Assembly (NCBI RefSeq): GCF_009914755.1
Contig: NC_060929.1
Direction: 5' to 3' (one strand)
From: the human T2T-CHM13v2.0 reference genome, Homo sapiens
DNA length: 64,000 nucleotides
The position numbers and the translations under genes are program-made. Under the pieces are notes generated by a model. The model saw nothing but the letters and a program-made list of their open reading frames with translations, was not told the DNA's origin and ran no database searches. Each line of letters starts with the position of its first letter. The first letter of the stretch is position 1. Of the stretch, positions 24,958 to 37,505 are shown one piece after another.

Positions 24958-25590
24958 TCAAGAGACACTGCACTCCCATATTTATTGCACAATAGCCAAG
25001 ATTTGGAAGCAACCTAAGTGTCCACAACAGACGAATGATAAAGAAAATGTGGTACATACACACAATTCAGCCATAAAAAGAATAAGATCTTGTCATCTGC
25101 AACATGGAAGAAACTGGAGGACATTATGTTTGTTAAGTGAAATAAGCCAGGCATGGAAAGACAAACTTTGCATTTTCTCACTCATTTGTGGGAGCTAAAC
25201 ATTAAAACAATTGAACTCATGGAGATAGAGAGTGGAATGATGGTTACCAGAGGCTGGGAAGGGTAGTGGGGTGGGGGTAGGGAGGTGTGGAAGGGGCAGA
25301 TGGTTAATGGGTACAAAAATACAGTGGCATAGAATGAATAAGATTTAGCATTTGATAGCATAACAGGGTGATTACAGTCAACAAAAACTTATTGTACATT
25401 TTTAAATAAGTAAAAGAGTGTAATTGGAATGTATGTAACACAAAGAAATAATAAATGCTTGATGTGATGGATACCCCATTTACCCTGATGTGATTATTAC
25501 ACATTGCAAGCCTGTATCAAAATATCTCATGCACCCCATAAATATATACACCTACTGTGTACCCACAAAAATTAAAAATTAAAAAAGAGA
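24958..25590 (+). mobile_element. L1MA 3' end
   Basis: aatagccaagatttggaagcaacctaagtgtcc...taccctgatgtgattattacacattg...aaatatatacacctactgtgtacccacaaaaattaaaa; G-rich 3'UTR tract. Confidence 0.9.
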
Positions 25591-26159
25591 AACAGCCGTG
25601 TTCATTTTGTCCTGGACATAGGTTTGGACACTGGCATGTGTCAGAAGACTGCAGCTCTCAGGGATTTTGCCCCGTATCTGCCCGTTCCTGGCAGAGTAGA
25701 TACTCTGTCCCCAGTCACCTGCAAACTGTAACTATCACTCTAAAGCAGCCTGCATTCCTAGGATGCCCCCTGGGAATTTCTGCTCCCCCTGCCCTGGAGC
25801 TGCAGGAGAGGTGCATGAGCCCACAAGGATGGGCAACCCATCAGTCCACCTCTGGGCTGTGCACAGTAATTTCGGTGCAGGGTGTTCTCCAGAGTCCAAC
25901 CATCCTTTGTCCTTGGCGTCCCCCAGTCCCAGCCCCACCTCCTGGCCTCCCAGTCCTAACTTGGGAATTCTGTTCCAGCAGTACCCGTAACCTCTGCACT
26001 GCTGTTTTTCTCAACAGTTTTTTCTGTCCTGAAGGAGACCTCATCCAGTCAACATCTACTCACTCAACATTTTCTATGTGGCTCAAGTTCCAAAAGAAGC
26101 CTCAGTGAGCAAAAGCCCTTCCTCTCCCTCCCCTGTGAGAGTCTGCCTAATGCCATGAT

Positions 26160-26385
26160 TACAATAGCTAGTATTTGTTGAACACTTACTATTTCCCAGG
26201 CACAGAGCTCCCTCTCCTTCACCTTACATTCTTCCTCTCTTTAATCCTCAGGAAAATGCTATGAAGTAGGCATTCTTATCCCCTTTTGTGCCAGTGACAA
26301 AATTCAGAGAGATTAAGCAAGTTGCCCAGGGTCACACAGGAGCAGAATTTAGATTTGCACCCAGGTTTAAGCTGGACTCAATCCC
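26160..26385 (-). mobile_element. MIR
   Basis: tttaatcctcag...gagagattaagcaagttgcccagggtcacacag...tttgcacccagg. Confidence 0.75.
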
Positions 26386-27159
26386 CTCCCTCTGTGGCAT
26401 ATTTGCTTTCACTGGGAGCCCCCATTTCTCCCCCACCCCCATTCTGCAGCACTGACTCTGCCCCATGTCACTGTTCCTTGCTAAACTCACTGGTGTGAGT
26501 TTCTGGAGGATGAATAGAGAGCAGCACCAGCTGAAGTTCTTCTCAGGTCCTAAGCCATCTAACTTTTACAACCACCACCCACATGATGTCAATTGTATTA
26601 ACATGCTCCAGCATCTGATTTTAACTATAAATGTTGAAAACATTTTGAAAAGCGTTTTATAACTTTGTTTTTGAAATTATTTTTTATTTCATTTTGACCA
26701 TTTTGTTTTCTTATTTTGAAATCCATTTAATTTGTCATTCTGAAACATTTTGTAGGCCCTTGAAAAGCCATAGACACTGGGCTTATAGTGCTTAAGTGAT
26801 GGAAAAACAAAACAAATTGTGGCGATGGGGAAGAGTTATCTGCATGTTGTCCACACCTCATCAATATGCAAACCTTTGATTCAATTTCCGTAAGTATCAT
26901 TTTTGCCTCCTGCAGAAGATAGCACTATATCCTTCATGTGAGTACTTTCTAGGAGTTTCTGATCCCAAGTCTGATGTTTTGGTGCTAACATTTCCAGCTT
27001 GTTGGTGCCGTGAGATGCTAATGATTAAAAACAGAAGGGTGGCTTATGCTGTGCGTCACAAATTCTCAATTACTGAAGCCAGTGGGAACCCTCCTCCCAA
27101 GTGAGGGTCAAGGATGGGCAATGATGCACTTGGGAAGCATTAATGGTACCTTATCTCTG

Positions 27160-27596
27160 GGATGGTTGGTTTGCTAGGGCTGCCATGACAAAATACCATA
27201 CACTGGGTGGCTTAAACAACAGACATTTATTTTCTCACATTTCAGGAGGCTGAAAGTCCAAGATCAAAGTGTTGGCAGGGTTGGTTTCCTCAGAGGGCTG
27301 TGAGAAAAACCTGTTCCAGGCCTCTCTTCTTGGTTTCCAGATGGCCACCCTCTTGCTGCCTCTCCACAGGGTCGTCATCCTTCTGTGCACGTGTACCCCT
27401 GCTGTCTCTTTGTGTCCTAATCTCTCCTTCTTATAAGGACACCAATTAGATAGAGTTAGACCCACCCTAACAGCCTGATTTTAATTTCATCACCTCTCTA
27501 AAGGTTCGATCTTCAAATACAGTGACATTCTCAAGGACTGAGGGTTAGGGCTTCAACATATGAATGGTGTGGGGAACACAAGTCAGCCCACAAAAG
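27160..27596 (-). mobile_element. MLT1A/B MaLR solo LTR
   Basis: gctagggctgccatgacaaaatacc...gggtggcttaaacaacag...cttataaggacacc...gggttagggcttcaacatatgaat. Confidence 0.9.
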
Positions 27597-27714
27597 ATGG
27601 GTTTTTCTTGAGATGCCTCCATAATGCTCAGAAACCCTTCCTCCATTTTGCCTGAACTTCAGGAGAGAGCTTTGCCACATTCAGAGCGGAACTGGGATGA
27701 GGCATAATGAGTCC

Positions 27715-27920
27715 TCCTAGTGCTTCTGCTCTATGGGTGCTTGTTAAACACCGCGCTAAATGCTTAACCAGCCTTAACTCAATATCCTGTGATATAGCTA
27801 TTCCCCAGTTTATGCATCAGAAAACAGAGAGGCCAAACAATTTGCTTAAGGTTAGTCAGCTAATGAATGGCAGAGCTGAGACATGAATTGAAGCAGTCTG
27901 TGCTCTTCACCACCAGCATA
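27715..27920 (-). mobile_element. MIR
   Basis: gaaaacagagaggcc...ttgcttaagg...gctaatgaatggcagagctgagacatgaa. Confidence 0.65.
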
Positions 27921-27946
27921 CACTGGTTTGCAAAAGGGTAGAAAGA

Positions 27947-27998
27947 GTAGCCTTTCAATTTCCAAAGGGAGGACGGGTAGCCTTTCAGTTTCCAAAGG
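27947..27998. repeat. 22-bp direct repeat, period 30
   Basis: gtagcctttcaatttccaaagg / gtagcctttcagtttccaaagg. Confidence 0.9.
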
Positions 27999-28024
27999 TG
28001 TTAGCCTTGGTTGCTTACGGGGTC

Positions 28025-28057
28025 TGTGTGTGTGTGTGTGTGTGCGTGTGTGTGTGT
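28025..28057. repeat. (TG)n microsatellite
   Basis: Interrupted TG run. Confidence 0.95.
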
Positions 28058-29209
28058 TGGGGAGGATGGTAAACAACTCCTTTGTGTTTTGTTTTGTGTA
28101 GGGGGGCTCAGAGAATGCCTGGGAGATATCCCATAGTTAGGCCTTTGGTTCCAAAGATAAAGGCCCAGGGAGGGAAGCTGGCTGATGGATAGGGGATATG
28201 AGCTTGAGGTTAAGATTAGAGAGCTGTCCTTAGCCTTGGAGAGATGGTCCCCCAAGTCTTGGAAGGTCTGGGCAAACAGCATTCCAGGAGTAGCTGAGGA
28301 CTGAGCCCACGTACACAGGGACTCCAAGGTGGCAGAATCAGGATGCCTGCCCCCGTGACTCTAGGACCCTGAATGACAGCCTCCAAGACCAAGCCTGGCA
28401 CAGAGGGAAGAAGATGCTAAGGGACCCACCTTCTTTCAAATGGACAGTAGTGACAGGTAGATGAGAACAGAGGCCTGGTGCCCAGCACATCCAAGGTTCC
28501 TTACATAAGGGGGGATGCAGACCCCAGTGACTGATCCTGGAATTCCTAATACCTACAAAAGTGGGTGGATGTACCAGCTTTATTTTTATGTAAAATATAA
28601 ATGTGACATTTCTTGCAATTTGAGTGTCTTGGAGCAATTCATATCATATATTTATTCTGTCTCCTTTCCCATTTTTTCAAGTTGTGGGATCCCAAATTGG
28701 GCATGACAGATTAGTCAAAAGTATATAGAAAAGGGCTCAGAATTCACCCCAACCAACCCAGTCATTTCCTGGTCCCCTCACAGGCTATAGCTTGTATATA
28801 AGTGTCATGCATGTATTTAGCAACCTCATCTGCATGTAGTCCATTTTTCCAAACTATGTATTAGGATCCTCCTAAGTAGGAAACAAGTTTGTTGTTCTCT
28901 AATCCCCATATTGTAATGGTCAGCACAGAGCCCAACACCTGGAGAATGCTCATCAATGTGAAGAGAAATGTGTGTAAGATTGTAATGATCTTTGTTTACA
29001 GACTTATTTACTGGATCTGTCCCTCCAATGACAGATTTGCCTCTACAATGGGCATTGATTGTGATTTGAGCACAAAGCTGGGATATTATGCTAGAAGCAC
29101 TGTAATCAGAGATTGCCTGGCACTTCTCAGCAGGTGCTAGACAAGCAGTGCCCTAGAAGTTGTTGGCAACTTTCTACCTTCTCCTTACCTCATCAGATCC
29201 TCTATTGGC

Positions 29210-29420
29210 TCAGTGGAAAAAGGATTGCTTTAGAGTCCAAGAGACTTGGGTTTTGAATACTTAACACTTAGGTAAACTCTGTGGGCAAATATCTTAGCCT
29301 CTCTTAACTTTATTTCTTGGTCTTTAAAAGGAGAAAAAGGGCATTTCTATTAAGAAATTTCTAAGAGGATTAAATGATATAACTTAAGCAAAGCCCCTAG
29401 CACAGAGAAAATGCCTAGTC
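29210..29420 (+). mobile_element. MIR
   Basis: gctttagagtccaagagacttgggtt...gggcaaat...aggattaaatgatataac...tagcacag. Confidence 0.7.
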
Positions 29421-29739
29421 ATCGCTGGCAACCCTACCTCATTTACCCCTTTCTCTGTCTATCCTCAGAGATAAAACCATCTAGAAATGTACCTGAGCAA
29501 AGGAAAGGAAGGACTAGAAAGCATTTCTTGAGTCACATAGCCTGGTGACTCTGATCTAGGCTGACTCACAGATTCACAAACCACATGCCAGAAAAGGAAC
29601 ACAAAGACTTGGGACATGGAATGCAGCCCTTTTGGGGGACTATAAATTGTGTCCTCTTGGACCTTCCACTAAGAGCCCTGGATCCTGCTTTCTTCCACTA
29701 GGGAGCCATCTATCTCTAGCAGAATGGCGAAGGCCTCAA

Positions 29740-30045
29740 ATCTGAGTTTAAATTCTTGCTTTGCCACTTAGTACCTTATGACCTAGGACAAGTCATGTAA
29801 CTTATATGAGCATGTTTTATGATCTATAAAATAAATTGTATTAAAAACCTTGCATGGTGCCTGGCACATAGTACTCAGAAGTATTATGTCATTATAATGT
29901 GGTGGTTAAAAGCATGGGCTTAGGAGCCTGGCTCTGCCACTTACTAACTCCTACTAACTTTTTCTAACTAACCATCATCAAGTAAGCAGTCTGTCAATGC
30001 CACAGTTTCTTCATCTGCAAAATGGAACAGTAATATTTCCTACTG
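29740..30045 (+). mobile_element. Two MIR fragments
   Basis: tgccacttag...gacctaggacaagtca; gtggttaaaagcatgggct...ctctgccacttactaac...cagtttcttcatctgcaaaatgg. Confidence 0.7.
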
Positions 30046-30345
30046 CTCTTGGTGTGGATGCCTGCAGAAGTTGTGAGACAAGGACTTGCAAGCAAAGAGT
30101 TTGTTTGGAAATTGCTCCTAGGAAACACTGGTAGGAGAATAGGGAAGTGAAACAGCGAAAGGAAGGAAGCCAGTAAAGAGCAAGTGGAGGTTCTTTACAC
30201 TGCGGAACTCCATCTGGGAGGGTGTGTGGAACATACCCCAGGTATGCCAACTAAGGGGCAAGGAAGCTGGGGTACTTATCCTTCTAATCCCCACATGTCA
30301 TTGGTGGAGAGCTGTTTCTGAAGATCCTAACCCTCAACACCCCCA
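30046..30345 (-). mobile_element. LTR16-like ERVL LTR
   Basis: tgagacaaggacttgcaagcaaagagtttgtttgg...ggaagtgaaacag...ggaaggaagccagtaaag. Confidence 0.6.
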
Positions 30346-31394
30346 GGGTCTCTTAGTAGACTAAATATATCCTAAGTTAAAAAACAAACAAACAAACAAA
30401 AAACAACCAACACACTACATTTGTGTGAACTTTAGCTAAAATAACATATGTGGTAGTGGGCTGAACACAGTCAACAAAGGGATAGCACTTTCCTCTTCCA
30501 GGAATTAAGAGCACGTCATCTACTTTACATACATGACAACCCTATGAGGTAGAGTGTCATGATTAATGTGCCCAAATCTCGCAGCTAATGGCATACCAAG
30601 TTTTCAACTCAGGTGTAGGCTCTTTCTATAAGGGCAAAATGATGCCCAAGTTTCGTTAACTTCATGTTTCATAGATCACTCTGCATTTTAGCATGTAAGT
30701 ACTATAGTTCATGGTATCCCCTTATTCTCCTTTTGATGTCTACAGGGTCCATAGTGATATCCTCATCTGGAGTGAAGCTTCCTTAATATTGGTAATTTGG
30801 TTTTCTCTTTGTGAATCTTGTTAGAGTTTTGTCAATTTCATTGATCTTTTCAATACCACATCTCTTTGTTTCAACAATTTCCTTTATTTTTTATATTTCT
30901 AATTCCATTGATTTCTGTTCTATCTTTAATATTTTTGCTCTTCTGTTTACTTTGGGTTTATTTTGTTTTTCTTTTTCTAGGTTGTTGAGGTGGGAACTTA
31001 GATTATTTTTTAGTTATCCTCTTTTTTATGGATGTATGTAATGCTATAAATTTTCTTCTCAGTATTGCTTTACTGTGTCCCACAGATTTTGCTATGTATT
31101 TTAATGTTCATTCAGTTCCACATTTTTTATTTTCAAGATTTCCTCTTTGAGCAATAGGTTATTTAGTTTATTTAGTTGTCTATTTCCCAAGTATTTGAAG
31201 GTTTCCTGTTATCTTTCTGTTATGGATTTCTAGTTTGGTTCCCTTGTGGTTGGAAAACACATTCTGTAAGACTTAAATTCATATAAGTTGTTGGGGTTTG
31301 TCTTACGGCTCAAATATGCTCTAGCTTGCTATGTGTGCTGTGGGCACTTGAAAGGAATGTGTATTCTGCTGTTGTTGGGTGGATTGTTCTATGA

Positions 31395-31738
<344 letters not shown>

Positions 31739-32450
31739 TATTTTTGCTAATTTTCTGTATAGTGTTCTACCAATTGTTACAGAGTGTTGAAGTCTCCAAC
31801 TATATTGTGGATTTGTCTATTTCTCCTTTCATTTCTATCAATGTTTGTGTCATATAGTTTGCAACTCTGTTTTTTGGAACATATATATTTAAGATTTCTA
31901 TGTCTTATTCATGGATTGACCCTTTTGTCATCATATGATGTCACTCTCTGGTAATTTTCTTTGTTCTGTAGTCTACTTTATCTGAAATTAACATAGTTAC
32001 TCCTGCTTTCCTTTGCTTAATATTTGCATGATATATTTTTTCCATCTTTTTATTTTCAGCCTGCCTATATTATAATATTTGAAATGAATTTCTTATAGAC
32101 AGAATGTAGCTGGGTCAAGATTTTTAAATCTACTCTGTCAATCTTTATCCTTTAATTGGTTTATTTGAACCATTTACATTTAATATAATTATTTTTCGTG
32201 TTTGGACTCAACTCTACTGTTTTATTTTTGTTTTCTGTTTGTGCTTTTGCTTTTGCTTACTTTTTCCATCCTTCCTATAGATTGCAGAAACCTTTTATAG
32301 AATTCCACTTTGATTAATCTATAATGTTTTTGAGCATATCTCTTTGTATAAGTTTATTAGCGGTTGCTATAGATAGTATATCATATATACATAGTATATC
32401 ACTGTCTACTTGTGTCATCATTTTACTGGTTTATTATTATAGAAACCTTA

Positions 32451-32931
32451 TGCTATGGGTTGTGAAGTTTTTGGGGTTTTTTTTGAATCCTGGTTTTGCC
32501 TTTTTTTTTTTTTTACTTAATTTTCAAAATTTCTTAGGGTTTTAATGTTTCTCCCCTCCAAAACTCATGTTGAAATCTAATTGCCACTGTAACAGTATTA
32601 AGAGATGGGACTTTAAAGAGGTGTTATCCATGCCATTGTCACAGGAATGGACTAATATCATTATCATGGGAGTGGGTTCATTATCACAAGTGTGGTACTT
32701 TATTTGTCTCTCTCTTTGCCTACCTTTTTCACTTTCTTTGTCTCTCTCTTTGCCCTTGCACCATGTGATGCTTTCTGCCATGTTATGATGCAGCAAGAAG
32801 GCCCTCGTCAGATGCTGGCACCTTGATATTTGACTTCTTGACTTCCAGAACTAAAAGCAAATACATTTCTATTTATTATAAATTGCCTAGTCTGTGGCAT
32901 TCTGTTATAGCAGCACAAACAGACTAAGACA
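32451..32931 (+). mobile_element. MST (MaLR) solo LTR
   Basis: tgctatgg...cccctccaaaactcatgttgaaat...cagcaagaaggccctc...cagcacaaacagactaagaca. Confidence 0.9.
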
Positions 32932-35900
32932 CTTTGCCTTGCTTTATGTCCCCTTACCCTCCCTATTTATAATGGAATTATCTCAAATATTCCTGCTACA
33001 TAATTTAGAACCATATTAGACAATGTTGTAATTTTTGCTCCAACTACCAAACATAATTCAAAAAACTTACGAGAGAAAGAAAGACTATTGTATTTACCCA
33101 TATGCTTACTTATCATGTTTTCTATTCCTTCCTATGTTCTAAGGTTCCTTCTTTTATTTTTGCTTTGTGTTTAGAGAACTTCCTTTAGTCATTCTTTTAG
33201 GGTAGGTCTACTGGTGACAAATTCTCTTAGTTTTTCTTCATCTGAGAATGTCTGGAATTCTCCTTCATTCCTGAAGGATATTTTCACTGGTTATAAGATT
33301 CTGGGTTGGCAGTTCTTTCTTTTCAGCACTTGAAAATTATGCCATTTCATTCTAGCCTTGATGGTTTCTCATGAGACATCCACTGACACTATTTTCCCAC
33401 TATAGGTAAGGTGTCATTTTTCAATATTGTTGTGTGTCTTCAGCTTTCAGAAGTTTAATTATTATGTGTCTTAGCATGGATTTCCTTGGGTTTTCCCTTT
33501 TCAGGTTTGCTCAGCCTCTTGAACCTGTAAACTTATTTCTCCTGTCAAATTTGGGAAGTTTTCAGTTGTTATTTCTTCAAGTACTTTTTCAGCCCTTTTT
33601 ATTCCTCTCCTTCTGGCATTCTGATGACATGAATGTTAGATTCTTTGTTATGGTCCCACAAGTCTCTGAGGCTGTATTCTTTCTTTTTTCAGTCTATTTT
33701 ATCTCCGTTGTTCAGAGTCAGCAACCTCTATTTTTCTATTTTCCAGTTCACTGATTTTTTCCTCTGTCCTCTATTCTATTGATAAGCCTATGAACTGAGC
33801 CTTTTATTTTGGTTATTGTATTTTTTCCATTCTAAAATTCCCATTTGGTTTTCTTTAGATCTTCCATTTCTTTGCTGGGTCTTTTTATTTTCTGTTTTTA
33901 ATTTATTCCAAGGGTTTTATTAAATTGCTTATTGGAGCATTTTTATCATGACCACTTTGAAATTATTGTCAGATTAATTTAACATCTTTGTCATCTCAGT
34001 GTTACCATCTATTGCTTGTCTTTCTTTGTCTCTCTCTTTGCCTACCTTTCTGGTTCTTGTGTGACAAATGATTTTGAATTGAAACCTCATTTTTGTACTG
34101 AATTATGAGACTGTGGGGGCCTTATTTTAACCTTCTGTTTTAGCTGGCTTTTATTTTTATACCACTCCAGAAGGAAAAGGACGTGGTGTCACCTTGTTAC
34201 TAATAGGTAGAGGTAGAAGCCCAGGTTCCCCTCTTGTCCTCAGTCAATATCTGGGTGGGGACAGGAGGACTTTGTTTCTGTTGGGTGGGATGGGGATTCT
34301 GGGTCCCCATGTGGTTTCCACTGATACTGAGGTGAAGGTGGCCTTGTTATCATTATGCAATTGTGAAAATCCTAACTCTCCACTAGACCTTCTCTGACAC
34401 TGTCCCAATGGGGAAGAGGAGGGTTGCCTTGTTACTGCTGAGTGACAGTAAAAGCTTAGGCTCCTCATATGGTTTCCACTGACATTACAGGGATAGGGAG
34501 GATCTCATTATCAATGAGGTGGAGATAAAAGTCTTGGCTCCTTATGTGACTCTCTCTGATTCCATCATGGCAGAGGCTTAGGCTGCCTCATCACAACATT
34601 GTGATGGTGGGAGTCTAGGCTTTGCTGGCATGTAGGGTAAGGTCACAGTTTTTCTGTGGTGTTTACTTGGAATAGAATTACTTATTATGTAAGTTTTCTG
34701 TTTTGCCAAGCTGCACCTTTCCTTGTCCTTTGGCTAGAGACAGCAAGCTTCCTTGGGGCTTTTAATGTCTGCACCCACAGGCATTTCTGGGTTGCTAGCT
34801 TCCTTAGCTCCAAATCTAGCATACATGAGGCAAAAAGAAAATCCAGGGAACTCATCTCCATGTCATTCCTTAGGTCATCATGTCCCTAGCTGGTCTGCCT
34901 ACGTTTCTCCATCTTTTAGAGTTTTCTTCTGCTAGTTTCATATATAATATCCAGGGTTTTTAGTTGTATTTAGTGGCAGGAATAGCGAGCGAAAAGTATG
35001 TCAACTACATCTTCCTGGAAGACAAAGTTACTCATTCCACATTTTAAATACAAGTATAACTAAGAATTTCATTGCAAGGCTTGGAAAATCCTACTGCTAA
35101 GAAATAGCCATGACTTTATAAGAACCCATAAAAGCTGATGTTCAGGAGCCAAAACTAACTTTTCTAATAGAGAAAGACTTTATATAAGTTTTCACTCGAT
35201 GTTACTGTTTGGTTTGGGGAACTCCTTTTGACCTGTAATAGATACGATGTGTCATAAAAAGGATATTAAAAGTCATTCCTGAGCTTGAAGTGATTTGATG
35301 ATAAGTAAAGAAGGCTTTATTATGTTAGCAGAACTTTGAGGTTTTAGGAGAACTCTGTCACCTGGTTGCTTTGAACCAGAAGGTAAGTTATTCTAAGCCA
35401 GGCACTACATCTGCATGATCTGCTCAGTATCCCAAATCGATTACATCATTTATATATGTACATGTCAGGAATACACACTGCAAGTCTCAAAAAGTGGGCA
35501 GAAAAATGTTCCTTAGGGCATCTCCCCATGGAATGGCTTAGATTTGGTTCAGGCTAGAAATTGACAGATAATGAGCCCGCAAGATACAGTCTAAGTTTTC
35601 TAAAGTGAAAGTGAAGATTGGGAGTGTCAGTTTATGTTCTGGGATTCAAAACAGAATCCTTTTTCAGAAAGGATCCTGTTACTTTTTGTAAATTGCAAAA
35701 CAAAACCTTCTATTTTGGAAAACCCCTCTCTCTTTTACAAAAGACACCCAGAGACTGCTTGGGTGAGACTCACACTTGGGTGATGAAGACAAATCACACT
35801 GGAGCAGTCCAGAAAATACTTTGCTGGTGTTGGTTTGGTCCAAGCACACTGTGTACTTGAGCAATGGGCGTGAGTTTTGGGATAGGGTAGGGGTAAGGGA

Positions 35901-36541
35901 ATAAAAAAGCAACTCAAAGTGTTCTCTGCCAGAGCTGAAAGCAACTCTCCTTGACACTCTTCAATTTTCTTTCCCACACAGTCCTGACATGGCCTTTCAG
36001 TATCAACTAGATATTCCCAGAGAGTGCCTATAACCCGTCAGAGATCTTTGTTTTCTTATGTCAATGTGTTTATTATCAGCAAAAATCTCACTATTCAGAA
36101 AGAATAATGTTAAATGGTGTTCGGCCTCAGAGTATTTGGCTCTGATTTTATTTCATAAAACTGTGTTTTCCAAATCTTATATGTTAGACCTGGGAAATGC
36201 ATGAAACATAAGCACCTGGATTTTAAATTCCCCTTAGGAATCTATGCAATGGTCTATACAATGGGCTTAAAGATATATGCACTAAGCAGGTAGTCTTGCT
36301 AGCAAGAGATTTTCCTTCAAGATCTAACAATTAGCTCCCTGGCAAGGACTAAGAAGTCAAGCCAAATGAGAACACTGACATTCTAAGATTTAAAGAGGCG
36401 GCTCCTTTAGCTGCCCTCTTCTCCCTGCATAATGGGTCTCTAGTAAAGCAACTGAAGCACATCTTGAGGGAACATCTGCAAAACCTAACTTTATTCTTTG
36501 CCTTAGCTTCTAAAAAGGGAGACCAGAGTTCTTCACATTTC

Positions 36542-36878
<337 letters not shown>

Positions 36879-37194
36879 CAGAGTTCTTCACATTTCCGAA
36901 AAGAATGTAAAAATATCTCTTGCAGTGCTGAAAACAACATACTCTCCACTCTAAAGGATCCAGAGCCCCAGTGCAAGTGATGATATAAGGAAGATGTGTC
37001 CAGTGCTTAGAGGAGGACAGCCAACCAGCAAAAACACAACAGTAAATGCTGTCTTCATAGCAAAATGCCAGGACTGTAGAAAGAGGAAACAATGGACCCA
37101 AAGGTAGTCCGTGCACGATGAATTGGATTTTCACCACATCCATAATAACTGAACAGTCCATCCAAAGCCTGAAGCATGTACACAGTTTACCAAG

Positions 37195-37505
37195 GGTGCA
37201 GCAGTGGGAAAAGCACAATTCTAGAGCCAGGCAGACTGGGTTTGAATCCCAATTCCAGTACTTACTAGCTATGTAACCTGGTACTGGTTGCCTAAGTTCT
37301 CAGACCTCAATTTTCTTATCTGTGAAATGAGAATTCATTCATTAGTTCAGCATTTATTCAATGCTTATTATGCGGCAAACATTCCACTAGGTCCAAAGTA
37401 ATACAATGATGAATAAAACAGGCTTCTTGTGAGTTCCAATTTAAATGAAATAATGCATGTAAAGCACCTACTACAGAGACAGGTACATGGGAGATGATTA
37501 ATAAT
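37195..37505 (+). mobile_element. MIR interrupted by antisense L2 3' end (~37335-37440)
   Basis: ctagagccaggcagactgggtttgaatccc...tctgtgaaatgag | cattcattcatt...tgaataaaacagg | taaatgaaataatgcatgtaaagcacct. Confidence 0.7.

Noticed and set aside
25557-26108. 183-aa ORF (also 171-aa at 40625-41140)
   Set aside because: Non-ATG starts, partly repeat-derived, no recognisable domain
29695-29706. CTCF-like motif ccactagggagc (weaker ones near 2467 and 8185)
   Set aside because: Mismatches to the core consensus; expected by chance in 64 kb without ChIP data
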